This document shows positions 51,968 through 63,400 of a stretch of DNA of 64,000 nt, in pieces. This stretch comes from an uncultured delta proteobacterium. Lineage in GTDB: Bacteria; Desulfobacterota; WTBG01; CAIYCZ01; CAIRTM01. The notes beneath the pieces were generated by a model that did not search any database, was not told where the DNA came from, and worked only from the letters and a program-made list of their open reading frames with translations. A program made the translations under genes and the position numbers. Within the stretch, counting starts at the first letter, position 1. Each line of letters begins with the position of its first letter. The DNA lies in contig CAWDSQ010000005.1 in NCBI GenBank assembly GCA_963804955.1, positions 64,001-128,000 on the forward strand, read 5' to 3'.

Positions 51968-52675
51968 ATGGATAAACGCGAGCTTGATGAATACATAGAA
52001 TCACTGTGGTATTTAACCGAAGAGGGCGAGCCGTGCACCGAAGACGAGCGGCATCATGGAAGGGAGATTTTTACCGAGCCCGTGCTTGACGAGCTCAGGC
52101 AGCAGGCCCTCATCACCACCGACAGCGCGGGCAGGATTACGCTTACGAAGAAAGGTCATGATGCCTCGCGGCAGATCGTGCGGTGCCACCGGCTGGCAGA
52201 GCGGCTGCTGACGGACGTGCTGGGCCTGCAGCCCAAAGAAACGGAAGAGGGCGCCTGTGACTTCGAGCATATCATCGCGCCCGAGATTGCCGACAGCATC
52301 TGCACGCTGCTGGGGCATCCCGGAGAATGCCCGCATGGCTTGAAAATACCCGAGGGCAAATGCTGCAGGGGCGAGCGCGATACGCTTGCAAGCGCTATTG
52401 TGTCGCTTGACCGCGTGCGCGTGGGCGAACCGGTCAAGATATCGTATATCAATACGCTGTCCAATACTCGCATGCATAAGCTTGCCCATTTCGGCATTAT
52501 ACCCGGCGCCGAGATACGGGTGCATCAGAAAACCCCCGCCTTTGTGCTGCAGTGCGGCAATACGCAGGTGGCCATGGAGGAGGATGTGGCCAAAGAGGTA
52601 TATGTGATTGCGCCGCCCTCTGATGACGAGCCGGAAAAGCCGCAGCGCCGCCGGCGGTGGGGAATGCGAAAGTAA
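51968..52675 (+). CDS. DtxR/MntR-family metalloregulator with C-terminal FeoA domain
   Basis: DEYIE, LT.KG, HRLAERLL, ACDFEH, LGHPGECPHG..IP, FGIIPGAEI. Confidence 0.88.
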   Translation: MDKRELDEYIESLWYLTEEGEPCTEDERHHGREIFTEPVLDELRQQALITTDSAGRITLTKKGHDASRQIVRCHRLAERLLTDVLGLQPKETEEGACDFEHIIAPEIADSICTLLGHPGECPHGLKIPEGKCCRGERDTLASAIVSLDRVRVGEPVKISYINTLSNTRMHKLAHFGIIPGAEIRVHQKTPAFVLQCGNTQVAMEEDVAKEVYVIAPPSDDEPEKPQRRRRWGMRK

Positions 52676-52737
52676 AATTTTCAATTAGGAATTTTGTGTT
52701 TAAAAAAACAAAAAATGGATTTTGCGAGGGTTAAAGT

Positions 52738-53223
52738 ATGGAACTGAAAACTGTTGCCATGAACATCCCAGAGGGGGCGAACCTGATTCTCGGGCAGGCG
52801 CATTTCATAAAAACTGTTGAGGACCTGTTTGAAATCATGATTACCACGGTGCCGGGCGTAAAATTCGGCGTGGCGTTCAGCGAAGCATCGGGCCCCTGCC
52901 TTATCCGCACAGAGGGCAATGACGAGGAGCTGGTCAACGCGGCTGTTGAAAACGCACAGGCTCTGGCAGCGGGGCATACCTTCAACATCGTTATGAAGAA
53001 CGCCTATCCCGTCAATATGCTCAATGCCGTCAAGCAGTGCCAGGAGGTGTGCACCGTTTTTTGCGCCACGGCAAACCCTGTTGAGGTGATTGTGGCAAAG
53101 AGCGATCAGGGCTGCGGCGTGCTGGGCGTGGTGGATGGTTTTGCACCAAAAGGGGTTGAGGGAACAAAGGATAAGGAAGACCGCAGCAATCTGCTGCGCA
53201 AAATTATAGGGTATAAAAAGTAG
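52738..53223 (+). CDS. Adenosine-specific kinase family (DUF355) protein
   Basis: NLILGQAHFIKTVEDL, FGVAFSEASG, GHTF, CATANPVEV, GVVDG. Confidence 0.85.
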   Translation: MELKTVAMNIPEGANLILGQAHFIKTVEDLFEIMITTVPGVKFGVAFSEASGPCLIRTEGNDEELVNAAVENAQALAAGHTFNIVMKNAYPVNMLNAVKQCQEVCTVFCATANPVEVIVAKSDQGCGVLGVVDGFAPKGVEGTKDKEDRSNLLRKIIGYKK

Positions 53224-53456
53224 GCTGTAGGGAATGAGGTTGTTAGGCTATAGGCAATTAGGCTGTAGGCTGAAAGACTTTTTTTATTGAAAAATTGAAG
53301 ATTAGGATCCGGACAACAGATCTGTAGGAGCGCATTGATGCGCGATGTGTTCGCGGCTGAAGCCGCGCCTACAAGGTCAATAAATATGTCTGCTGGTTTT
53401 ACGTCTGTAAAAACCTAAAAAACTAAAAGTCTATAGTCTAACATCCTACAGCCCAG
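53221..53456. repeat. Heptamer (TAGGCTG)n inverted arms enclosing a GTAG REP doublet
   Basis: TAGGCTG-type units 53221-53272 and complementary units 53410-53456; REP GTAGGAGCGCATTGATGCGCGAT / TCGCGGCTGAAGCCGCGCCTAC at 53324-53372. Confidence 0.7.
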
Positions 53457-53465
53457 AAAGGCTTT

Positions 53466-53774
53466 ATGGACATCATCACAAAATCCTACTCAACAAAAAA
53501 CGGTCTTGTGGAAGGCGTGCAGGTAAAATGGCAGGGGTTCAGCATTCTGCTGGTGACGGGTTCGAAGGGGTTTCTCGTATGCGGCGTGTTTGACCTCGCT
53601 CTTATTGATTCTTTCGGCGCGGCAGCGGCCATGGTTGAAAGCTCGCCCGATAATCCTATCGGCAATCTTGAGCGCTTCCCCCTGCGAACTATCAAAGCCG
53701 CAAACAAAAACGCCGAGGCCCTCGGCATCCGGACCGGTATGGATGTGACAGAAGCCTTCAGCTTGATCGCGTAA
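53466..53774 (+). CDS. YunC/DUF1805-family protein
   Basis: LLVTGSKGFLVCG.FD, AAAMV, AEALGIRTGM...EA. Confidence 0.75.
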   Translation: MDIITKSYSTKNGLVEGVQVKWQGFSILLVTGSKGFLVCGVFDLALIDSFGAAAAMVESSPDNPIGNLERFPLRTIKAANKNAEALGIRTGMDVTEAFSLIA

Positions 53775-53989
53775 TGCTCAGATCCTTTTAAACCGCCGTT
53801 CAAGCTCCTGCCGTGTAATGATAAAGAAGGTTGCCTGCCGTGGGGGTTGCAGCGGCTCCGAGCCGCTTTGCCGGGATGCACCATCTCGGGCACACTCAAA
53901 GCCGTACATTCCTTGGACGCGCAGGCGGGGAAGCATACCAGCATGAGATAAAACCCGCCGGTTCTCAACCCGCACAGGCGCAATTTTTA

Positions 53990-56087
53990 TCAGCTGTCAG
54001 CCAATCCCCATTTTCTGGCGCGTGCCGGGTCGGATAATTGCCACACCATGCCGTGAAGCGACGCAAGGCATGCAGGGTCTGCCAGCAGCTCCCGCTTTTC
54101 ACTTCTCGAGAGGCCGTCGGGTCCAAGCTCAAGAGCCTTGTGCGCAATCTCCTGCCGGCGTGAGGCAATGGCTGATGCGACCTTTCTGCTGCGGGTGATT
54201 TTCAGATGCAGTGCATTGACAATAGGTTCGGCAACGGCGCGGGCAAAACCGCGGGTCTGCGGAGCGGCCAGCGCCGGCGGCTGTTTTTCAAGTTCTGCAA
54301 GGCATGCCTCCAGCCATTGAAGCTCCTGCGGCGGATCCAGCTCTTCGGGGATGAGCAGGAAGCCCTTTTTGCGCAGGGCCCTGCCCCAGCCTGCCTTGCT
54401 GCTGATGACGCACATGGGGATGGAAAGCGCCAGGCCGGTCAGTATGGGCATGAGCCAGCAGAAGAAGGTGCGATTAATGACGAAAATAACAGCGCCCCAG
54501 ATACAGGCGAGCAGAGTGCCCGTCAGGTGAAACCGCAGCGCGTCGCTCCAGGCCGTCTCCCGGTCATCTCGCTGCTGCCCGCCCCAGCCGACCTGCTGAC
54601 CGAGCATGGTGATAAAGACGAATTTGCTGTGAAACAGCATCCGCACAGGCGCGAGCAGGGTCGAGAACAGCACTTCCATGATGACGCTTATGATGAGCTT
54701 GAGCCCGCCGCCATAGAGTCTGGCCCGGCCCTTTTGCAGAAGTATATTTACTATGGCAAGCCCCTTGGGCAGAAAAAGAATGACGGCGGTAAAGGCCAGA
54801 AGCCCGATGGACCATTCAGGGTTCCATACCGGCCAGTTCGGAAAAAGGCTTCGCTCCGGAGGAAAATAGTCCGGCTTGTGCAGGGCCTGGTAGATGGCAG
54901 CGGCCGTGCACAGGGTGAGGAAAAAAAACCAGAGCAGCGCTGAAATGTAGGAGAAGGCGCCGTTTAAAAAAAGCGCGCGGTGGACGGGGCACAGGCCCTT
55001 GGTGAACAGCAGCCGCAGGTGCTGCATATTGCCCTGGCACCAGCGCCTGTCGCGCTTGAGCTCGTCAAGCAGGGTGGGGGGCATTTCTTCATAGCTTCCT
55101 TCAAGGTCGAAGGCAAGCCATACGGCCCAGCCTGCGCGCCGCATAAGCGCCGCCTCGACAAAATCATGGCTCATGATATCGCCGCCAAGCGGCGGTTTGC
55201 CCGGAAGCGAAGGCAGGGCGCAGTACTTCATGAACGGCTCGACCCGCAGGATGGCATTGTGCCCCCAGAAATGGGCGTCACCGAGCTGCCAGAAGCTTAA
55301 GCCCACGGTGAATATGGGCCCGTAGACATTGTTTGCAAACTGCTGCATGCGCGCAATGAGAGTTTCGCGGCCTATGGCCTTGGGCGCGGTCTGCAGAATG
55401 CCCACTTCAGGATGCTGCTCCATGATTTGAACCATGCGCACGATGGTGGCCCCGCTCATGATGCTGTCGGCATCCAGCACGATCATGTAGGCATAGCTTT
55501 TTCCCCACCGCCTGCAAAAATCGGCTACATTGCCGCTCTTGCGTTTGATATTGAGCTTGCGGCGCCGGTAGAAAATACGGTCTGTGGCAGCCAAGCATGC
55601 GGCATGTCCTGGCCCAGGCAAACTCCTCCTCAACCATGACATCGGGGTCGCTGGTGTCGCTGAGCACGAAAAACTCGAAATGGTCGAGCCTGCCGGTTTG
55701 GGCAAGGGACTTGTAGATGGCGGCAATGCCGGCAAAGACGCGTGCCGGGTATTCATTACAGACCGGTATCAGGATTGCGGTCCTGGAAAGCGGCTTTTCC
55801 GGGTCAGAGGTTTCGGGCTCGCTGCCGGGTATCAAGAAGCGGCTGAATTTGCTGCGCAGGGTTATGAACCCGACCAGGGCGGTCCAGAAGCCCATGGATA
55901 TCCAGGCAAAGAGCAGCGTGAATACTATGACCAGGATCGTTTCATGCCACACAGTGCCTTTATAGGGCAGCACACTTGCCATATAGCCGCCGGCAAAAAA
56001 GGTTGGCGCTAGAAGCAGCACCAGCAGCACGGCCCTGCGCCATACCGCAGCGCGGCCCCATATTTCATGCAGATGTTCTCTGGACAT
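53990..56087 (-). CDS. opgH: Glucans biosynthesis glucosyltransferase OpgH/MdoH, frameshift near 55590
   Basis: TAILIPVCNE, FFVLSD, RKSGNVADF, VLDADSIM, FWGHNAI, SHDFVEA, RDRRWCQGN. Confidence 0.93.
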
Positions 56088-56100
56088 ACCGTTTCGATCC

Positions 56101-56574
56101 TTACTGTCCTGTGCAGTACCGCCAGTACAGGCCTGCAGCAGCCGCCAGCAGCACAAGCAGGACATACAGCCTGAGCGGCGGACGGAGCAGTTTGCCTGCT
56201 ACGTTTATGAACACTATAAAAAAGAAAGCGAAGGGCCCTGACCTGTCGATAACAACGGGAATCATGCTGCCGCGGTTGAGGGGCGGCATGGCCTGCAGGT
56301 CGCCAAGCTCGGTCAGGCATATATCGGGGCTGTCTGCCCGCAGCAGGCGCTCAAGGCTGCGCATGGCCGAGGCAACATAATCGCCGCCGTCATGCGCGCA
56401 TGTCTTTTCGGCTTCTGCAAGCGATTGCGTTGCAAGCTCATATCGTTTCTGAACAGGTATATGCAGGGCCTTAAGATAGGTCTGCATCCGCCTGTGCGCT
56501 GTCTCAAGCTGATCGGCGACGGTTGGGACGGGAGTGGGCTGCCATGATGCTCCCGAGGGTTTTTTCCTGCTCAT
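56101..56574 (-). CDS. Small membrane protein resembling the detached N-terminal domain of MdoH
   Basis: Lies between opgG and opgH; YLKAL.IP and LQAMPPLNRGSMIP; C-terminal hydrophobic segments. Confidence 0.55.
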   Translation of the reverse strand: MSRKKPSGASWQPTPVPTVADQLETAHRRMQTYLKALHIPVQKRYELATQSLAEAEKTCAHDGGDYVASAMRSLERLLRADSPDICLTELGDLQAMPPLNRGSMIPVVIDRSGPFAFFFIVFINVAGKLLRPPLRLYVLLVLLAAAAGLYWRYCTGQ

Positions 56575-56605
56575 GATACGATAGCGATTCTATGCATTAA
56601 AAATT

Positions 56606-58214
56606 TTAGAGCTGCGCTCCGCAGATCCACGTTTCGGTAAGTATGCTGGAGCCGTGTTTCAGAAAAGCCCGCATCTCTACAATGGGTTTTTTTTCGGGCA
56701 TGATTTTTTCCGCAAGCGTGGAATTTTCTTCAGGCTTGACATGAAATACCAGGCGCCAGCCGCCGGTGACCTGATTTTTATAGAGCTGGTGCTCGATCAG
56801 ACGACCTCCTGAGCCGATATCAATAATGCCTTCCACGCCGTCTGAGGGCTCGCACCCGGCAAGCTCGCCCCCCTTCAAAATCAACGATGAATTTTTTTAT
56901 GCCCGTCTGCCTGTCGGTTTCGGTCCGTGTTGCGACCACTCGTCCGGCTGGCGGCCTTTTATCGTCGGGATACTGCCAGCTCAGCCTGTAGGCAAAGGAA
57001 AGCGGCTGGCCGACGGGCGCTGCTGCAGGCCGCCAGTACGCAACGATATTATCATGGATTTCATCATCAGTGGGAATTTGAACCAGCTCCACCCAGCCTT
57101 TGCCCCAGGCCCCTTTGGGCTCGCACCAGAGACTGGGCCTGCGGTCAAAGCGTGCCTCGAGGTCCTGGTAGTGATCAAAGTTTAAATCCCGCTGCATCAG
57201 GCCGAATCCCTTGAGATTATCGGCCTGAAAGACATTGACCCAGAGGCTTTTATTGTTTGCGACAGGGCGCCACAGCCATTCGCCGTTTTCCATATTTATC
57301 ATCAGGCCGTCGGAATCATGTACTTCGGGCCTGAACGAGTCTTTGGGCCGCGAATTGGTGTTTTCACCGTAGAAGAACATGCTGGTCATGGGAGCAATGC
57401 CCAGCTTGTCGACACCCTTGCGCAGAAAGACCGTTGCTTCAACATTCATCACGGTTTCTTTGCCCGGCTGTATCACAAATGAATAAGCGCCGGTCATGCG
57501 AGGGCTATCCAACAGGGCATAGACGGTTATTTGTGAGTCTTTTGGCCTTGGGCGCTGTATCCAGAATTCGCGGAACCAGGGGAATTCCTCGCCTGTGGGC
57601 TGAGCCGTGTCAACGGCGAGGCCTCGCGCTGAAAGGCCGTAATGCATGTCTTTCGCTACTGCCCTGAAATAGCTCGCGCCTAAAAACACCGCAAACTCAT
57701 CCTTGTAAGCCGGATTGTTTATATTGCAGTGAATTCTGAATCCGGCAAAACCCAAATCTTTAGGCACCCTGTCCTTGAGGTCTGCGGCGCTTTTTTCATA
57801 GTTGAAATAGTCTGTGGAAAATTTGATGGGTATCGGCCCCTGGGGCGTCACATCATATATCTTTACCGTGCGGTTGAAATAGGAGCCGGCATGAAAAAAC
57901 TGGAGCTCAAAGGGCAGTTTTTGCTTGCGCCAGAATGATGTCTCGGGGATGAACCGGATATCCCGGTGCTGGTCGTAGGTGATATCAAGAAGCCACTGCG
58001 GCAGCGCCCCTTTGGGGTCCTTATAGGCTGTTTCAGCAAGCACCCGGGCACTGTCAACGACATTTTTCATCCCGAACACCTGTTTTGGAGGCTGCGCCGT
58101 TTTTTTTGTTTTTTTTATTTTTTCCGTTGCTGATACCATGGAAGCGGAAACAAAAATCATGCAGCATGCTATACTCATGCACCAAAAAAAACCAAGAGCG
58201 CGGCGCTTTGTCAT
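56606..58214 (-). CDS. opgG: Periplasmic glucan biosynthesis protein OpgG/MdoG (GH186), frameshift near 56870
   Basis: YDQHRDIRF, GFAGFR, FLGASYFRA, YGLSARGLA, EEFP.F, RPEVHDSDGL, DNIVAYW, EMRAFL, TETW. Confidence 0.93.
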
Positions 58215-58621
58215 ACATCCTTCCTCTATTTCACAGGTGTTTGCATTCGTGCCCGGCGCAGATGCGCCGTTCAGAGTTAGTTGAGAGCCTGGCACGCAGG
58301 CTTCCGGCGGCGGTCAGTTGCCCTGTGCTCATTGCAGTTCTCTGCTGCAACCAGTCAGGCCATGGGACCTGAACTGTTGCGTCAAGTGACGGGCCGCCCC
58401 ATACGTTCAGAATCAGCATTATATCATAGTATGTGTGTGCGGCTAGTCAACAGGATTTTTATAGGATACGTCACTTTATCCGCGCTTTAATCTCTTGTCG
58501 TTCGGCGGCAAACTTGTTAATATTGCAGAGAAACCTGCATGGCTGTAGCGCCTGGCGCATGTGCGGACGGCCGGGCAGGCGGCAGCAATATTGAATCATT
58601 TGATTGTTTCGGGCGATCAGC

Positions 58622-60364
58622 ATGGATGGACAAAAGTTTCATCTCCACCGTCAGACATTGGTGCATTTTCTGGCAAGCCTGAAGCGCTTCGCCACTGCCC
58701 CTGATGTGGGTCGCAGGGCTCTCTGGATGTTTACAGCGCTGCTGACCCTGCAGCTGAGCATTAACGGCCTGAATGTTCTGAACAGCTATGTGGGCCGTGA
58801 TTTCATGACAGCCATCGAGGACCGCAACCGCGTCGAATTTGCCCGGCAGGCCCTGCTCTACATTGCTGTTTTCGCCGCCTTAACACTTACCTCGGTGCTG
58901 TGCCGGTTCTCCGAGGAGCGTCTCGGGCTGCTGTGGCGCGAGTGGACTACCAAACGCAGCATACTGCGCTACGGCAATCACCGCGTGTACTACCGCCTCA
59001 GAACGGACCCCGAGGTCGGCAATCCCGACCAGCGCATCTCAGAGGATATCCGCGTCTATACCACCACCACGCTTTCCTTCATGCTCATGTTATGTAACAG
59101 CAGCATTACCGTTATCGCTTTTTCAGGGGTCATGTGGTCAATCAGCCCAAAGCTGTTCATAGTGTCCGTGGTCTATGCCGCCGCCGGCTCGCTGGTTATG
59201 TTTCTGCTCGGGCGGCCGCTGGTGCGGCTGAACTATGATCAGCTTGATAAAGAGGCCAATCTGCGCTCGTCGCTCACCTTTCTGCGCGCCAATGCCGAGT
59301 CCGTGGCCCTCACGCGCCGCGAAGGGGGGCTGATGCAGCTGGCGCTGCGCAACCTCGACGCGGTTGTGAAAAATATGTGCTCCCTTATCGGCATCAACCG
59401 TACCGTCAATTACTGCTCCACGGGCTATAACTGGCTTATTCAGATTATTCCCGCCCTGATCGTGGCACCGCTGTTCATGGAAGGTAAGGTCCAGTTCGGC
59501 GTCATTACCCAGTCGGCCATTGCCTTCACCCAGCTGCTGGGCGCGTTTTCGCTTATCATCACGCAGTTTCAATCCATTTCTTCCTATACGGCGGTTATAT
59601 CCCGGCTGAGCAACATGGTTACTGCAAGCGAGCGCGAGGCACAGGCTGAGCAGAGCGCCGCCGCAGGCCCGAAGGATGAAAACTGCGTCGCCTACCAGGG
59701 GCTGACGCTCCTGTCGCCCCGCAGCGGCCGCGTGCTTATACATGAGCTGAAATTTACAATCCCCCGCGGCACAAATATTCTTGTATGCGGCCAGGACGAA
59801 AGCGCTCGCTCTGCACTGTTTAACGCAACCGCCAGCCTCTTTAAGATAAGCGGGGGCATGATTATACGCCCGCCCCTGGAGCATATTTTATTTGTAGGTG
59901 AAGCGCCGTATCTGCCGCCCGGCACGGTTCGCGAGCTGCTCGTGCGGCCCCTGCCCGAGGCGGGTGTTGAAGACGCAGCAATGCTCGAGCAGCTTAAATT
60001 TTCCGAAGAGCGGATGACCGGCGTACTGCGCGAGCTGAAGATCGAATCGCTGCTTAAAGGGTACGGGGGGCTTGATACCCGGCAGCACTGGGAAAATGTT
60101 CTTCCCCTTGCCGAGCAGAAGCTGCTGATCGTGGCGCGCCTGCTGCTGGTGGGGCCGAGCTTCGTATTCCTCGAGAGGCCGAGCGCCACACTGGACCCGG
60201 AGCACCTTGCATACGTTCTGGGCCTGCTCCGGCAACATAAGATAACTTTTGTCACCTTTGAAGAGCGCGGGGCCCATCTTGAGTTTTACGACAGGATTCT
60301 GGAGCTTGAGCGGGGCGGGGTCTGGACCTGCAAGTCAATTATAGACGGCCATATCTGCGGATAA
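58622..60364 (+). CDS. YddA/BacA-type (ABCD-like) transporter with degenerate ATPase domain
   Basis: NPDQRISED, EANLR..L..NAESVA (EAA motif), QSAIAF; NBD motifs are substituted. Confidence 0.85.
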   Translation: MDGQKFHLHRQTLVHFLASLKRFATAPDVGRRALWMFTALLTLQLSINGLNVLNSYVGRDFMTAIEDRNRVEFARQALLYIAVFAALTLTSVLCRFSEERLGLLWREWTTKRSILRYGNHRVYYRLRTDPEVGNPDQRISEDIRVYTTTTLSFMLMLCNSSITVIAFSGVMWSISPKLFIVSVVYAAAGSLVMFLLGRPLVRLNYDQLDKEANLRSSLTFLRANAESVALTRREGGLMQLALRNLDAVVKNMCSLIGINRTVNYCSTGYNWLIQIIPALIVAPLFMEGKVQFGVITQSAIAFTQLLGAFSLIITQFQSISSYTAVISRLSNMVTASEREAQAEQSAAAGPKDENCVAYQGLTLLSPRSGRVLIHELKFTIPRGTNILVCGQDESARSALFNATASLFKISGGMIIRPPLEHILFVGEAPYLPPGTVRELLVRPLPEAGVEDAAMLEQLKFSEERMTGVLRELKIESLLKGYGGLDTRQHWENVLPLAEQKLLIVARLLLVGPSFVFLERPSATLDPEHLAYVLGLLRQHKITFVTFEERGAHLEFYDRILELERGGVWTCKSIIDGHICG

Positions 60365-60414
60365 AGCCCGCAGGGCCTTTGCTGACTGGACAAGGCTGAA
60401 CTACAAGGAGCGCT

Positions 60415-63400
60415 GTGCAGGCAAACGTGCTTGATGATTTTGGCGACCTTTCGCTCTGGAGGGCATTTGCCTCGGGAGAAGCGACTCTGGCCATCGTGCC
60501 GGATGCCGGCCCCGGAGGCCATGCCATGCGTCTTGATTTCGATTTTCACGGGGGCGGCGGCTTTGTCGGCGTGCGAAGATTGCTGCCGCTTCAGCTTCCC
60601 GAAAGCTACACGTTCGGCCTTAATATCCGCGGCAACGCCCCGGCCAATATTCTGGAATTCAAGCTTGCCGATTCCTCCGGTCAGAATGTCTGGCGCTACC
60701 GGGTGGAGGCCTTCGATTTTCCGCCCGACTGGCAGCCTCTTGTCCTTCGCAACAGCCAGATCGAGTTTGCGTGGGGACCTCTGGGCGGCGGCCCCGCAGG
60801 CAGCATCGAAGCTGTCGAGCTGGTCATTGCCGCAGGCCCGGGAGGCAAAGGCACGGTCTGGGTCGACCAGTTGTGCTTTCAGGATCTCACCTACAGGGCA
60901 CTGCCTGTGGCGCAGTCTTCAACCTCGCTGCCGGGCCATGAGCCGCAGAACGCGCTGGACGGGCTGACAACAACCGGCTGGCGCAGCGCTGCAGCCGATG
61001 AGCCCCAGTGGCTTCTCGTTGATTTTCAGCAGGAGCGTGAATACGGCGGGCTGGTCATTGATTGGGAGCAGGGTCTTCAGCCGCTGCAGTTCGATGTTCA
61101 GCTGTCTCTCGACAGCAGCCGAATGGAAGACCGCCTATGCCACAAGCCAGGCAGGCTCCGACCGCAGTTATGTGTATCTTCCTGCAGCCATGTCCCGCTA
61201 TATAAAGCTCGGGCTGCATCAAAGTATCGAGAAAAAAGGCTTCGGCATAAGGAATATCGGAGTGAAGCCCTATGAGGCTTCGCGCTCCATCAATGCTTTT
61301 TTTCACAGTATCGCACAAGCGGAGCCTCTGGGGCAGTATCCCAAATATCTTATGGGCCGCCAGACCTACTGGACGCTCGTCGGGACGGGCGATGGCGACG
61401 GCCAGGCCCTGTTTAATGAAGAGGGCATGGTTGAGGTGGACAGGGGCGCATTCTCTGTCGAGCCATTTCTCTATGTGAACAATCGTCTTGTCACCTGGGC
61501 TGATGTGATGCTGAACCAGGATCTGGTGAACAGGCATCTACCCATGCCCTCCTCCGAGTGGCGCATGGACGGCCTTGTCATGAAGGTCACCTCTTTTGCC
61601 TCCGGCCAGACCGGAAGGCCCGTTCTGTTTATATGCTATTGTGTTCAGAATACCAGCCGCGAGACACAAGAGGTGCGGCTTTTTGCCGCTGTCCGGCCTT
61701 TTCAGGTAAACCCGACATGGCAAAACTGGAGAGAGCTCGGAGGCGTCACCCCAATCCGTGATTTTGCCTTCCACAATGAAGCTGTCTGGGTAAACGGCTC
61801 CAGGGCAATAGTTCCTCTGAGCCCAGCGGCAGGTTTCGGCGCATCGCCGTTTGACCGGGGCTCAGTGACCCGGTATTTAAAATCGGGCGCATTGCCTGAC
61901 AGCACAGAGGTTCATGACGGTTTCGGGTATGCCTCCGGCGCATTGCTGTTTAACTTGAATCTTGCGCCGGGCAGCGCCCAGGAGGTCTATGTTGCGGTCC
62001 CGTTCGGTGCTGTTCTTGACGGCGATACCGGCATAGCCTCAATTAAAAGTGAGCCCGGGCCTGTCCAGTTCGCCCGTGCTGTACAGGGCTGGGAGCAGCA
62101 GGAGGCCGGTTCGTTTGAAATTTTTGTTCCGCTGCATCTGCGTCGTCTTGCCCATACGGTCAAAACCGCAGCAGCTCATATACGTATTAACCGCGATGGC
62201 CCTGCATTGCATCCCGGCCCGCGGCGCTACTCCCGCTCGTGGATACGCGACGGCGTGATCATGGGAGCCGCTCTTCTGCGGGTGGGCTGCACGGATGCCT
62301 TGCGGGATTTCATCAGATGGTATGCCGGTTTTCAGGCAGATGACGGCACCATCCCTGACTGCACGGATTCCGAGGGCTCCGAATGGCTGCCGGAATACGA
62401 TGCCTATGGCCAGTTTATTTTCGGCGTCATGGAATACTTCCGGTTCACGGGCGACAGGCCGTTTCTTGAGGAAATGCTGCCTGCCGTTGCCAGGACGCTG
62501 GGCTGCATGGAAAGTCTGCGCGCACAGCGCCTGACAGATGAGTACCGGCAGCCCGGGAAGCAGGCCTGTTACGGCCTGCTGCCGGAATCCATGAGCCACG
62601 AGGGATATATGGCCCATCCCGTGCATGCCTACTGGGATGATTTCTGGGCGATTTGCGGCTACCGGGATGCTGCCCGTATGGCTGAAATTCTGGGCGATCA
62701 GTATGAGGCTGCGCGCCTGAAGCACGAGCACGACTCTCTGGTCAAAAGCGTGCAGGCATCGCTTGCCGCAACCATAGCTCATCACGGGATTGATTTTCTG
62801 CCCGGCTCAGTCGAGCTGGGGGATTTTGATCCGACGGCAATCGCCGTTGCCGTAGCGCTGCTGGATCAGCTTGAGATCCTGCCGGCGGCTGAAACCCGCA
62901 GGACATTTGAAAAATATTTTGACATGTTTCTGACGCGGTCGGGCGGAAAGGTCAGCTGGAACAATTATACCGCTTACGAAGTGCGCATCATAGGGGCGCT
63001 TGTTCGGCTTGGAAAGCGCACGGAAGCCGTTGAGCTGGCTCATTATCTGATTAAGGACCAGCGCATCGGCGCCTGGAACCAGTGGCCTGAGATAACCTGG
63101 TTCGACCCCGAAAGCCCCAGCTTTATGGGCGATCTGCCCCATACCTGGATCAGCGCCGAGTTTATTCTGTCGGCCTGCAGCCTGTTTGCCTATGAGCGCG
63201 AGGCCGACCAGTCGCTGGTGCTGGCGGCAGGGCTTCCCTATAAATGGCTGTCAGACGGCTCTCCGATCGGCGTTGAAAATTTGTCGACCTTTTACGGCAA
63301 GCTTTCCTACTCTTTGAGTTTTGAGGATGCAGGCACCATGTGTTTGAGCCTTACGGGAACTCTGGCGCTGCCGCCGGGGGGCATCGCTGTCAAGCCGCCT

